A DNA stretch of 64,000 nt from Octopus sinensis (lineage: Eukaryota): NCBI RefSeq assembly GCF_006345805.1, contig NC_043005.1:25854001-25918000 (forward strand). The letters are read 5' to 3'. The notes beneath the pieces were generated by a model. It was not told the DNA's origin. It saw nothing but the letters and a program-made list of their open reading frames with translations, and ran no database searches. Shown here one piece after another: positions 39,070 through 52,762 of this stretch. Numbering within the stretch: position 1 is the stretch's first letter; the number at the start of each line of letters is the position of its first letter. The translations under genes and the position numbers were made by a program.

Positions 39070-39245
39070 CTCCTTCTTGTTCTTGTTCTTGTTCTTCTTC
39101 TTCTTCTTCTTCTTCTTCTTCTTCTTCTTCTTCTTCTTCTTCTTCTTCTTCTTCTTCTTCTTCTTCTTCTTCTTCTTCTTCTTCTCCTCCTTCTTCTTCT
39201 TCATTGTCGTCGTTGTCTCCTTCTCCTCCTCCTCCTTTTTTTTCT
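39070..39245. repeat. (CTT)n microsatellite
   Basis: Direct reading. Confidence 0.95.
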
Positions 39246-39794
39246 TCCTGATCTCATAGTCCCGAAATTATGTATTTCGTTGTCGTTTACGTTTATTAAT
39301 ACAGGCCGGGTGGGTGAGGCTGTATTGTCGTGGACTAGCAAAAGGTGGTGAGCCGAGAGAATAATTTGATCGTCTTTAAAAAAAAAATTGCTTTATGGTA
39401 TTTCTTCTGAATTTTAACGTTCTGCGTTCAAATCCCGCCGAAATCTGCTTTGTCTTTCGTCCTCTGGCAGTCGATAAGATAAAGGACCAATCGAGTACAG
39501 GGCATGATGGTATCCCTAATCCCCTCCCTTTATGCCTAAATTAGAAGCCAGCTGGTGACCCGGATTCCAAGGCATTCCTCTGAACAGGACGTACGTCTTT
39601 CGCGGGGTTACTAACACATTTACAGCTGGGTGGATTTGTTCAACGTGAAGTAAGAATTTCGCACAACACGTGTCATCCGATCCGGGAATCGAAACCGCGA
39701 TTTCGAGATCATGAGTGCGACACTTGAACCACCAGACCACATAATACCTTCGCTTGTTACTACTTATGAATATCGATAGATTTACAATTAGTGT

Positions 39795-40176
39795 CTTTTA
39801 TTCTTTTATTTGTTTCAGTCATTTGAATGTGACCATGCTGGAGCACCACCTATTTTTTTTTGAGTCGAACAAATCGACCCCAGGATATATTCTAGGACTT
39901 TCTCAATCCGTGTCTTTTTCCGAACCGCTAGGTTACCACGGCGTAAACACATCAACATCGGTTGTCAAGCGATGGTGGGGGCATAAACACACAACTATAT
40001 GTGTGTGTTTATATATATAGGACGGGCTTCTTTCAGTTTCCGTCTAGCAAATCCACTCATGAGGCTTTGGTTGGCCCGAGGCTATAGCATAAGACATTTG
40101 CCCAAGGTACCACGCAGTGAGACTGAACCCGGTACCATGTGGTTGGGAAGCAAGCTACTTATCACAATTACCACTC
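39795..40176 (-). mobile_element. Near full-length CORE-like SINE
   Basis: Head, CORE-like block, internal TA/TG repeat and tail (gctccagcatggtcacattcaaatgactgaaac) all present. Confidence 0.85.
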
Positions 40177-41120
40177 TTTCGTTTAAGTGTTAAACCAAGC
40201 TAGTTTTTTGTGCGAGTAAACTTAACTGCTTTGGTCAGAGATCGAACACAGCACATGTAATGAACTACAAACAGGCGAAGTTGATCAATTCAGCTTGATG
40301 CAATGTTCATATGCATCAGCTGGGATTACGATAGCATAAATGATCAGTGACTAGTTGAAGGGCTCAGTGAAAGTTGGGTCATGGAATATGAACAATAAAT
40401 TCCCTTGAGCCGGTACGGCATTGCTTTATCCTCACACTCTGTCCGTATATTTCATCCTGCGGGCTAACTAACGAATACAAATTAACGTAAATCAAACAGA
40501 TGCGAAGTAAAGCGCTGCAGAGTTTAAACAACGGATATTTTATATTGAATTCTGGTTGACAAATGAGATTTCACTTGTCGCCTAAGGGAGTAGATCTGTA
40601 AAACTATTATTGCGAATCAATCAATAACAGCTCATGCCTGAGATTGACATTGAACAAGTAGCCTTAAGGGAGATTATAATTGCTTCGATCTCGAGTAATT
40701 TTATTATTATTTCATTATTTTGTTATCAAAATTATGGTTAACTGTCATAATTGTTTTTGCTTTTTCCGTTTTCAACACTTACTGCTCCGTCGATTGTTGT
40801 AACAATTAAAACAGATGCAGTGGCCCTCACACATTACAGCTTTTTTTGTTGTTCTCTTTCTTTCTGTTTATTTTTTATTTGCCGTTTTTCACCATGATGT
40901 AAATCATCTCAGTCCGTCTGTCAAAAATACACTCAGGCAAATGACCAATGCAGAATGAGAATAACCTACAGATGTGTCGAATTTAAAACCGGGTTTCGAT
41001 TCCTCCTCGTTGTATATATTTCATTGACATTCCTAAAACCTTCTTCCTGAGATTAACAGACATTTCAATGCAAAACTTCCGTTATCACTATAAGTATGGA
41101 TCAGTGATATTGTTTTCTAT

Positions 41121-41545
41121 TCTAGGCACAAGGCCCGAAATTTTGGGGGATGGGGTCAGTCAATTAGATCGACTCCAGTAAGTAACTGGTACCTAATTTA
41201 TCGACGCAGAAAGGATGAAAGGCAAAGTTGACCTGGACGGATTTGAACTCAGAACTTAAGGACAAACGAAATACCACTAAGCATATCTTTGGCATGCTAA
41301 CGTTTCTGCCAGCTCGCCGCCTTAAATATTCATTTCTACTCTAGGCACAAAGCCCAAAATTTTGGAGGAAGGAAGCCAGTCGATTAGATTGACTCCAGTA
41401 AGTAACTGGTATTTAATTTATCGACCACGAAAGGATGAAAGGCAAAGTCGACCTGGGTGGAATTTGAACTCAGAACGTAAAACAGACGAAATACCGGTAA
41501 ATATTTCGTCTCTTCTTCTAAGGTTTCTGCCAGCTCACCGACTTT
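41121..41545 (-). mobile_element. Two tandem SINE copies (41121-41324 and 41331-41545)
   Basis: Each runs from ttctaggcacaa.gccc to tttctgccagctc.ccg. Confidence 0.9.
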
Positions 41546-41576
41546 GTATCAATGATATTGTATGGGAAAGGAAATA

Positions 41577-41725
41577 AACCAGTTGAGCATGTCCTTTAGT
41601 GTTTGACGATATGTGCATCTCTGATCACGAGCAGAAGTAGTGGGGGAGCATCATAGCCATGTGTTGAGAGGGATTCTTGAGAGTTTGGATAATTCACCTT
41701 GAGAAACATAAGGATGTTGAAGGAA
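41577..41725 (-). mobile_element. Partial inverted copy of the 43627-44146 repeat
   Basis: agttgagcatgtccttt...gatatgtgcatctctgatcacgagcagaagtagtgggggagcatcatagccatgtgttgagagggattc. Confidence 0.9.
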
Positions 41726-41826
41726 GATTTCTACGGATATGGGGGGGCACAGTTCTTGCTATCAAGGCAAAATGTAACATTAGTGCTAGAAAACGTCTGG
41801 GAGATCAGAGAGAATGTCGAGAGAGC

Positions 41827-42217
41827 AATGCTTAGTCAATTAAAATGACATCAGTAATGCTTAGTCAATTAAAATGACCTCAGTAATGCTTAGTCAATTA
41901 AAATGACCTCAGTAATGCTTAGTCAATTAAAATGACCTCAGTAATGCTTAGTCAATTAAAATGACCTCAGTAATGCTTAGTCAATTAAAATGACCTCAGT
42001 AATGCTTAGTCAATTAAAATGACCTCAGTAATGCTTAGTCAATTAAAATGACCTCAGTAATGCTTAGTCAACTAAATGACCAGTCTTAGTCAATGCTTAG
42101 TCAATTAAAATGACCTCAGTAATGCTTAGTCAACTAAAATGACCTCAGTAATGCTTAGTCAATTAAAATGACCTCAGTAATGCTTAGTCAATTAAAAGGA
42201 TCTCAGTAATTGACTAA
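41827..42217. repeat. 29-bp minisatellite, 13 units
   Basis: Unit aatgcttagtcaattaaaatgacctcagt, starting at 41827, 41856, 41885 ... 42179; unit 9 is irregular. Confidence 0.97.
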
Positions 42218-42474
42218 CAGTATTTTATCGAGCTCAGAACTTGATCTCAAAACAGAAAAAGACAAAAGAGAACTTGCAATGATTCTAGCAAACCACAAGA
42301 CCAACAGTTTGAGAGGAGAAGGCTTGGTCGGAACTTTTGTTTCTCGTATTTGACTGGTGACTTTACTTTATGGACCTCGAGAGGATTGAAGGTTGAGTTT
42401 GGCGGGATTTGAACTCAGAATGCAAAATGATAGAGAATATGCTGTTATGCAATTTTTCCGGGCTCAGTAACGGA

Positions 42475-43000
42475 GAAGAAGAAGAAGAAGAAGAAGAAGA
42501 AGAAAAAGAAGAAGAAGAAGAAGAAGAAGAAAAAGAATAGGAAGAAGAGAATAGTAAGAAGAAAATAGGAAGAAGAATAGGAAGAAGAAGAAGAATAGGA
42601 AGAAGAAGAAGAAGAAGAAGAAGAAGAAGAAAAAGAAGAAGAAGAAGAAGAAAGAGATAGTGATGATGATGATGATGATGATGTTGAAGATGATGAAGAA
42701 GAAGAGGCGGAGGAGAAGAAGAAGAAGAAGAAGAAGAAGAAGAAGAAGAAGGTGGTGATGATGATGATGATGATGAGGAGGAGGAGGAGGAGGAGGAGGC
42801 GGAGGCGGAGGCGGAGGCGGAGGCGGAGGAGGATAAAGAAGATGATGATAATGATGATGAATAGGCGGAGGAAGACGAGGAGAAGAAGAGAAAGAAGAAG
42901 CGGAAAAGAAGAAGAAGAAGAAGAAGAAGAAGAAGAAGAAGAAGGAGGAGGAGGAGGAGGAGGAGGTAGAGAAGCTGTTGATGATGATGATGATGATAAT
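42475..43000. repeat. Compound (GAA)/(GAT)/(GAG) trinucleotide array
   Basis: Direct reading. Confidence 0.95.
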
Positions 43001-43449
43001 GACTATTCGACCGTGAGAGGTAAAGTTGACGTCGGTGGTTCTTGAACTTAGAACGCAGAGAGTTGGAAGGAATCCTACAAAAGATTATCCTCTGACGACT
43101 GTACCCGTTAACCGTCTCATGAATGCGCATGTGCGCATATGTTTGTATCTACGTATCTGCATGTATGTATTTCGTATGTATTACGCATGGATGCAGGATA
43201 AATTTGAGTATATCTCTATGTAAACGCGCTGTTTGTCTATTTCTATATTCTTGCATGTATGCAACAGAAATATTCGCCTGCGTATGCGCGTGTACGTGTG
43301 ATAAAAATTGAGAAGCCACATGACTATCACTTTCAATGATTGAGTGTAAATGCGCATGTGCATTCGTGTGCATCCGCATGAAACATTAAGGATATGTACA
43401 TCCATTTAATTGTATAGATTTCATAGGTTTTCTTTGGCGGGGGGCGGGG

Positions 43450-43488
<39 letters not shown>

Positions 43489-43553
43489 GTCATCATGATC
43501 CTCATCATCATCATCATCATCATCATTTTTATTATTATTATTACTATCATTAC

Positions 43554-43607
<54 letters not shown>

Positions 43608-43626
43608 CATTATTATTATTATCATT

Positions 43627-44146
43627 GAGTGAGAGAGCAGTTCATGCCATCAAAGTGACACTGGGGTAAAATATACGAAGCCCAATATACCCATCATGAC
43701 TACCCGTCTGATAAAGGTACACCAGGCACATGCATCACAACCATATGTGCGCGACATGGTGATCTCATATCAAGATAAACAGCACATGACCTTGCAGGTG
43801 GGGCCCAGTTCGAATTTTCTTCATTTGAGTAGCCTATCCTGCTCAAACGGTCCCGAATAAGGGTTGTTTAAGGATGTTGAAAGAACCACCCATGTTTCCA
43901 GAGGTGAACTATTCAAACCCCAAAGAATCCCTCTCAACACATGGCTATGATGCTCCCCCACTACTTCTGCTCGTGATCAGAGATGCACATATCGTCAGCC
44001 ACTAAGGGACATGCTCAACTGGTTAAGGTCAAACAACTGACAAGCAAATCTGTGGTATTGAGCAGAATATTTGCTGTAGCCCATCTTTTATACCAAGACA
44101 AAACAATGTACATGATAACACTTCCAATCAGTTAAGATCAGAAGCC
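43627..44146 (+). mobile_element. ~520-bp non-coding dispersed repeat flanked by (TAT)n on both sides
   Basis: Three copies in the window. Sharp boundaries against (TAT)n at 43530-43626 and 44147-44219. Confidence 0.8.
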
Positions 44147-44197
<51 letters not shown>

Positions 44198-45019
44198 CAT
44201 TATTATTATTATTATTATCTTTAAAGATGCTTTTCACATTCCTCCATCTTCATATTCTGGAATTTTAAAAGAAACCCTTTTATATATATTTTTTTATTTT
44301 ATATTTTTATTATTTTTTCTTTTCACAATCCCACGAGAATAATCATCAATTATAGAAAGGGATCGAACTGGGACGACGTACAGACGTTATTGGCGGGGAC
44401 TTGTTAGAAACGAAACAAAGAATTATTCAGCGACGCAATTCAAGTACGCCAAATATGGAGTCGCTGTAATACTATAGAAAATAACAGCCATAATGAATAT
44501 TATGTTCAGAACACTTCAATCTTTCCAATAAAGTCACATGTCGTATCGATTGTGTCACATGATGTATCGATTCAATCACAAGACATATATAGTTCAGTGA
44601 TACGATATAGATCCATACACAGCATCATGGGGATATTTGCATTTCGAAATCAGAAATTACTTCAATAGAATCACATGATATCACACAAAAGTATTACAGA
44701 TGCCTGGAGTAGACATGAAATGGAATATATTTGAATATAGAATCACTGGGAGGTGGGACGCGGGGAGGAAAGCCTGCCGTGAATGTAGCGCACATGTACA
44801 TGTGTACACATACACTCCTACATGTATGTATGTATGTATACACACACATACACATACACACACACACTGGTACACGCACACACACACACATATATATAGG
44901 GAGAGAGAGAGAAAAAGAGGGGCGGATGGGGAGGAGGGAGAGGGGGAGGGAGTTAATACTTGTATGCATATTTTCATATGGGTATTTTATACTTTTGCAG
45001 AGGAAAGGTTTAAAACATT

Positions 45020-45071
45020 TGCACGTATGTATGTATGTACGTATGTAAGAATATATGTATGTGTGTATATG

Positions 45072-45104
<33 letters not shown>

Positions 45105-45143
45105 ATGTATGTATGTATATATGTGTGTATGTGTGTGTGTATA

Positions 45144-45206
<63 letters not shown>

Positions 45207-45307
45207 ATACTGGAGTAAGCATATAAATGTGAAACAAAGTCGAAGAAATAGTACTCGAATACCGGAGGTAGAGTAATATGATTTATTAATAAAATATATT
45301 TTATATA

Positions 45308-45343
<36 letters not shown>

Positions 45344-45471
45344 TGTATGTATGTATGTATGTATATACAGTTTTGCAAGAAAAGACTTAATAGATAGACA
45401 GACAGACAAACAGGTAGATAGATAGGTAGGTATATAGATACATAGACAAACCGACAGACAGACAGACAGAC

Positions 45472-45559
<88 letters not shown>

Positions 45560-45560
45560 T
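45020..45560. repeat. (TA)/(TATG)/(AGAC)/(AGAT) microsatellites
   Basis: Direct reading. Confidence 0.9.
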
Positions 45561-47215
45561 AGTAGAATCGCCGGATAATACATTATCTAAGCTGTAAGTA
45601 ATCTTGAGTTCACGGCCCGCCAATACCAATTCTGTTTTGAATCTGTCGGGGTCGACATAGAATTATCACTCTTGAATACTGAATCACTGAAAATCATAGC
45701 AGGTTCATTGAAATGTCTTCTGGTAACTGTTCTGTTTGCTTGCTCTTTGGCGGTACAACTAGTGACCGCAGTAGCGATGTCTTATATACGTGTACATGAA
45801 TCTATCTTTGTAGGCTTATACCTGTGAATATGTATTTATTCTCGTCTAAACTTCCAGATTTTTCCCATGTATTCCTAGTTTGCTTATTACCATACAATTG
45901 TAATTTCTACATTAATTGTGTCTTTCATAGATTTCCAAAACCTCAGCTTCTGAAAGCACTTGTTCGTGCAGTATTTACAGGTTCAAATTTTAAGTTCTCA
46001 TTTGGGGGGTGGGGTATTGCAGCTGTTTCCTTTTATCAACACAAATGGTGTGTGTGTGTGGATGTATGCGCGTGTGTGTGTCTGTGTGTGTGTGTATGCA
46101 TTGATGCATAAACATATGTATGTATGCGAACGTGTTTGTTTGTATGTATTGTTATATGTATGAATTTACGTATATTTCAAGGGTTCACCTGGGTCATAAC
46201 TTGTATCTCGCTGAGTCTTCTTGAAGACATCACAAATGTTACAATTGTCTTTCTACGAGATACTCGACCTCTTATACTATAATTCATTCAGTAGTCAGCT
46301 GCTTTAATAAAACAACATAAGTACGCATCGTCGAAACTGACGGTGGATCCGTTTATTCGTATGTATTTAGCACAAAGGCTCACATACTGATATATAATAA
46401 AAGGTCATCAATTCAATAGGAAAAGAAAAACTGTCAATTAAATCTGCTCCAAGACATCAGCGGTAAATAGTTCATGGACAACCCCCTATTGCGATGAGTG
46501 GCGAAAATCTAGCTTTGCGAAAACTGGTCTCAAATCACAGAGAGAAAATACAATGAATTTTTGCCTAGTTAATCCGCTGCTCAGTCAATTCTGTCAGTCG
46601 AGCGGCCATTTTAACACTGACATTTAGATGATAAATTACCCAGGGTGTTCGTATACAGGCAGCAACCAGTGCAACAACAGTGACAATAAAAAGCACCGCA
46701 TCTTCTTACAATAAGCGCTTTAGATGTTACAACAACTACAGAAATAATAACAACCACAACTTCTTACAATAAGCGCTTTAGCAACATATGCAGCAGCACC
46801 AGCAACAGAAGGGGAATCAGTTGTAACTGCTGATGCAGCTGCAGTTAAATCTGGTGAAGAAGTGCAGAAGAGATTAACGATCCTTGGAAAATAAGCTTTG
46901 ATACTTTCGCATCTCGTTAAGATCAAAGAGTATTGTTAGCTTCGTCATGTATAACAGTTATGTTTAAGCACCATACATCAATGCATATAGCTTTAACACA
47001 CCCTGTTTATGCATAGCTCCGCAACTTTCTTACCAATCACGCTGAGCAAATAGACGGGAGAGAAAGAGTAGAGCAGTTACGGAGCTTTACCTTTCACGTT
47101 TGAATCCCATTTGCGTTGAAGTTTGAAATTTAGCTTCAATCAAGTGATATAATGATGTTAAGATTGACACTTTCTCTCGAGATAGTTGCTCATATATACA
47201 TATATACATGCATGC

Positions 47216-47246
<31 letters not shown>

Positions 47247-47809
47247 CTAACTTGTGTGTGTTATGTGTGTGGGTGTTTGATGTATTAGGGCCAATTCACT
47301 TGATTGTACCTCACTATAAAATCATAGCCGTGGGGCCACATTAGAAAATAGTTTAGCGGAATCAAGATAGAAAAAAGTTATGTAGAACGAGACATTTAAT
47401 AGCTTTAGGTTTCAAATTGAAATATTTTAGCATGCCCCCTTTACGTTGCCTTACGACAGTTCAGCAAATTGTTTCTATGAAGAAGGATTTGTATTGTCAC
47501 GCAAAGAAATAGCAGCTGCAACACAAGCTGCCTTTTCACGACAGGGTCGTAATGTGCCCGAACATGAAGGACACAATGACAACAATGACAACAGTTCGAT
47601 ATTTAGGATTAGAAAGAATATGACAACGGGTAAATTCGTTTAATCCCGACCTGAGTTGAGCAACTTCAACAGCAACATAGAAATCGAATATTCTTCACCA
47701 GCCACAAAATTTCTTGCGTTTCTTTGTGTCTGCAGACAAGTTAAATGAGTAGCTGGGTCCTAAATCTCGATTGTAATGAATCCATATACCATGTCCAAAT
47801 AAATTAGTT

Positions 47810-47989
47810 GTATTATTTTAATTGTTTCGGTCACTTTGACTGCAGCCATGCTGGAGCACCGCCTTTAGCCAAACAAATCGACCCCATGACTTATTCTATC
47901 GGTCTCTTTTGCCGAACCGCTAAGTTTCGGGAACGTAAACGCACCAACATCGCTTGTCAAACGATAGTGCGCGGACAAATACAAACACA

Positions 47990-48037
<48 letters not shown>

Positions 48038-48039
48038 AC

Positions 48040-48093
<54 letters not shown>

Positions 48094-48180
48094 CGACAGG
48101 CTTCTTTTAGTTTTCGTATATCAAATCCAATCACAAGGCTTTGGTCGGCTCGCGGCTATAGTAGAAGACACTAGCTCAGG
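47810..48180 (-). mobile_element. CORE-like SINE with expanded internal (CA)n(TA)n
   Basis: Tail 47810-47975, microsatellite 47990-48092, head portion 48093-48180. Confidence 0.85.
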
Positions 48181-48429
48181 GTGGTTTATCAGAGGAAGGC
48201 GGTGAACTGGCAGAATCGCTACCTCGCTGGACAAAAGGCTTAGTGGTATATCTTCCGATTTTACATTCTGAATTCAAATGCTACCAGGGTTGATTTTGCC
48301 TTTCGTCCTTTAGACATCGATCAAAGAAGTATCAGCTGAGCACTGAGATCGATGTTATCGATTACCCAGTTCCCCTTGAGCAAAAAATGCAGGAGAAGAG
48401 GTGCCTCGAACTTTTTGTTTTTTTAATTA

Positions 48430-49100
48430 TTTTTGTAAGTGCTACCTCGACAAGGAATGAAGAAATTAATCTTCATTGTGGAGTTCTGGTTCACCTGCTT
48501 GCAACAGAATGAACTGTAGCAAGGACCTTGTGATGTTCCTTGAGTCTCATCTGAGAAATTTCCCCGGAGGTTATTGTAGCAGACACTTGTCCAAAGCGGC
48601 GAGCAGGTTGAACAGAAAAACATGTTGTTCTTAGCCACATAGTCAGGCCTGGCCCTGTATTTACTTTATTAACAACAGTTACGAATATGCTCCCTGCAAT
48701 GTGAAGAGCAATTGCATAATGGTAACAATAGAGTATTAGAGAGAAATATACAGTGGTTCATGCATACTTCTTGTATGTTCACCATTTCTAAAGCTTATTC
48801 AAAAATGGATGAGGAATTGCTATGGCCCTTTATTTTCTGTGGATCTTAGGATTAGTGTGAGAAATGAATAGGTTATCCCCAAACCGGAGAATTTTCCCGA
48901 ATGTTTTCCACAGAGTGAACACGATCAAAAGCACCCAAGTACCATGTGACAGAGTTACATAGGGTGAAAGATAGAATCCACCATCCAAGAGCATAAAACG
49001 CAAACAGACGGAGCAAATACCACCAGGTATCTTGTCCGATGTTCTGACAATTCCGTCAATCCACAGTCCTGGACGGGAATTACTAAAATACAAGGTTAAC
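48430..49100 (-). mobile_element. Decayed RTE-clade LINE reverse transcriptase
   Basis: Minus fragments RPG..., GAFDRV, LWKTFGKILRFG and LFNLLAA in RTE RT order (FRPGR, KAFD.V, LWK.L.KFG, LFNL). Confidence 0.55.
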
Positions 49101-50420
49101 ACAGACAGGGCAGAACATAAACTACCTCAAAGCATTTTGTCTTACGCCCTCACGATTTTGCCACTTCACTTTTTATATATAACTAATTTGCCAAATCAAT
49201 AAACCACCATACAGGGTCATTTAAATATTAAAGTTTACTACGAGGAAGATCCAAACATCTTTGTCATCCCAGTATCAATAAACTAATTAATTTAATTAAC
49301 AGCTAAGACTGGAAGACATCTGTCATGTTTGCGACCTCATCATGGACAGTAAAGTTCTAGCGTAGCTTTAAACAGAATTTCAAAGCAGTTTTAAAACTTT
49401 GAGTATTCGCTTTTTGATGAATGGTAAGGAAACTAGAAACGGCAGTGTCCAGCCGATCCTTCATTTACTGTCTCGGTATGGTTTCCATATGAAACATAAC
49501 AGGTATCTATTAGTTTCTTGTGAGTAAATTTTATTTAGATTACGAAAATAGGGATATCTAAAATCATCGGGTACACTCCGTAGTAACTATTATTATGAAA
49601 AGTAACCACTGATGTTGCGGCATGACTTCATTTAAACATCTCCATGAATATTTTATGGCCTTGTGACTACACATGAAGTTAAATGGAATTTGGCATGAAA
49701 TTTCAGTTATTAGAAATATGGCAGTTATTAGAAATAATTTTTCCAAATTATAGCAATATGCAAATTTTATCAGGATCGCATTTCACATATCAAGGAGTTT
49801 GAAAATTATCGATTCTAAAAGGTGCCATTTGACCGAAATCAATCATTAATCTTGTGCTCTGTTACGAACATTAGAAACGTTGAATGAGTATCGTGTGTCA
49901 TGGCTGAATAATTGTCTCTCTTGGTTCACATAAAAGGAAGTAATTTTAAGCATAAGCACTATGGGCTTTGAAGGGATTATCTTGCATAAGAATTTATTCT
50001 GAGATCGAATTTTAGACGTATGTGTCCCAGCTTCGTTGACACGTCTTAAAGTGCATGGTATATATTTTTGTATGTAATGCTCTGAAAACTTCGGATTACG
50101 TTACTGTATAAGAGGGAGCTTTTTTATGTATTTTTACAAGAATCTGGTGGTTCTCATGTATAGGGTTGTGTATTAACGTATGAAATGTAAAAATCTTCTT
50201 GTCTTTGTTGTTGTTTTCGTTCTTAATGCTTTTAGTTATTGAAAAATAATAATCTTGAGTTTAACAGAAGTGGTAGCTTGTAAGACTTAAAATTAACCAA
50301 TCTAGAAATAACTTTCATTTCAAGAATTCCATGACGGAGTCTCTGCCTCGTCTCTTTCATCTCCTAGAGATAGTCATCATATCTTACTCAAATCACACCA
50401 GGACATATTTAAAATAATTT

Positions 50421-50600
50421 CTACTCTAGGCACAAGGCCTGAAATTTTTGGGGAGGGGGAGCCAGTCGATTAGATCGACCCCAGTATGCAACTGGTACAT
50501 AATTTATCGACCTCGAAAGGATGAAAGGCAAAGTCGGCCTCGGCGGAATTTGAACTCAGAACATAACGGCAGACGAAATACTGCTAAGCATTTCGCCCCG
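50421..50600 (-). mobile_element. SINE (gagctggcagaa family), head truncated
   Basis: Close match to the family. Confidence 0.9.
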
Positions 50601-50620
50601 AAATGAGAACTTGTATCCCT

Positions 50621-50936
50621 ACCCCATAAAATTCTGTTGACTGTTCTTTGAGCCATTTCTTCATTACCTCCACACTCACCAGATTTAGCGCCTTCAGACT
50701 ATCATCTCTTCGGCACCACGAAAGAAGGTTTGAGAGGCAAACATTATTCCAGTGACGAGGAAGTGAAAACTTTAATGAAGACGTGGCTCAAAGAACAGTC
50801 AACAGAATTTTACGGAGCAGGAATATATGCTCTCATTCGAAGGTGGAACAATTGTTATTGAGAGAAACGGTGACTATGTTGAGAAGTAGGGATGTGATCC
50901 ACAGTGGACCATTACTTTTTGACTCACCCTCTTATA
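50621..50936 (+). mobile_element. Second, deleted copy of the mariner fold-back element
   Basis: + frame HSPDLAPSDYHLFGTTKEGLRGKHYSSDEEVKTLMKTWLKEQSTEFY (intact mariner SPDLAPSD motif). A short inverted arm at 50621-50670 pairs with ~50770-50820. Same right terminus ...tttttgactcaccctcttata. Confidence 0.85.
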
Positions 50937-51839
50937 TATGTTATACAACAGTGACGTGCGTGATGTCCTAACCAACAGTTAAACAACGAAAATAAGTAAG
51001 TTTTGGATGTGACTGGCTTATGTATGTAATATCTGAATGGAAGTGGCATGAGCCAAGCTAGCTCCAAGGGGCATAGGACATAAGGGCGCTGTAATAGCGC
51101 TGAGAAATATAAAGAAAGACGATAGTACGACTGTGGGACAGAGTGTCTGTAAGAGATTTTATTCCAATCCGTTAGTGATCTTCTCCCGGATCTACTACAT
51201 AATAACTGTATGTGCAACGATGATATTGTCCTAGATGTGAGAGCAATATTTCGTTGTGCATCTCGCCTGAGATTTATAGAGTAACAATAATTCTAGGGAG
51301 AGAAAAAGCTTCTTAATCTGTAGACAAGGGTTAATCTTTGGGATACCCAGGCTTGCGTACTGCATAGTTGCAGAAACACCGCGTCGAAACCCACCCCCGG
51401 TCAATGGAATCCTTTGAAAGCTTCCATCTATATTTTTTGTGAGGTTTTAAAAGATGACATCAAACGCAGCGAGGGTATTTGAATCCGAAATATAAAGGGA
51501 CATATTTAAAAAAAGACCGGGTAGTTTTTTTGTTTGTTTGTTTTTTTTTTTTATTTCGTGTGTTCATGTACCCGTTGTCTTTTATATCTTTCAACTGAGA
51601 TATAAAAGATACGTGTGGAATGCGACTACCGAAGAGAGCACGTGACTCCTCTAAGAGACACGTAGAGACACAGCCCTCGTAAAATTATCCTCTTCCTCCT
51701 ACTCCTTCGCATCCTCAATCCCCCTATTACTTCTACTACATAAACGCTCTTGGAGCCAAAGTAACACCACTAGTAGTGCTACTGTTAACATTACACACGT
51801 TCACTCATATCGAAACGTATGCAACACTAAGTTCAAATG

Positions 51840-52036
51840 CTGATGATGATGATACTACTACTACCACCACCACCACCACCACCACCACCTCCACCACCAC
51901 TGCTGTTGCTACTGTTACTGCATCAAGTAGTAGTAGTAATAGTAGTAATAGTAGTAGTAGTAGTGATGGGAATAGTGGTGTTGGTGGTGGTAGTAGTGGT
52001 TTTGATAGTAGTAATAGTAGTGGTGGGGAGGTAGTG

Positions 52037-52095
<59 letters not shown>

Positions 52096-52594
52096 GGTGT
52101 GGGTAGTGGTGGTGGTGGTGGTGGTATTAGTAGTAATAGTAGTGGTGGTGGAGGTGGTAGTAACAGTAGTAATAGTAGTGGTGGGCTTAGTGGTGGTGGG
52201 GTTAGTGGTGGTGGTGGTGGTGGTGGTAGTAGTAATAGTAGTGGTGGTGGTGGTGGTGGTGGTGGTGGTGGTGGTGGTGGTAGTAGTTGTTACTTTGTTG
52301 TGGTTGTCGTATAACCGTGGGTGAAGAGTGGTCGAGCAGGCATGAGATCAAAAGCATTCCATCCCTGACCATCTCGTCTTTTTATGATTATGTAGCAGGG
52401 GCTGCATTATCCAAAGTGTCCCTTTTTTTTATTCATTTACGACGGCGGGATGTGATTCGAAGGAGATTAAGCTGATATTTCCAACAGGTGCGTCGATCAA
52501 TTACAGAATTATTCGACATAGCAGTTGATGTTGACAATCGAAAGTGCAGGGTGTTTGTTGCTATGACGACGGCAACGACGACGACGACGACGAC

Positions 52595-52626
<32 letters not shown>

Positions 52627-52627
52627 C

Positions 52628-52661
<34 letters not shown>

Positions 52662-52717
52662 GTGATGATGATGGTGATACCAATGATGATGATAACGATA
52701 TTGATGATGATGATGAC

Positions 52718-52762
<45 letters not shown>

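Noticed and set aside
41827-42217. CRISPR-like appearance of the 29-bp repeats
   Set aside because: The units are head-to-tail with no unique spacers, there are no cas genes, and the context is eukaryotic
46602-46612. YY1-like motif GCGGCCATTTT (and AAAATGGCAGC near 22128)
   Set aside because: Single short motifs with no CpG-rich promoter context; expected by chance in 64 kb
46640-46930. Ala/Thr-rich short frames with a 22-bp direct repeat (cttcttacaataagcgctttag)
   Set aside because: The frames shift at the repeat, and no family motif or splice signals were recognised
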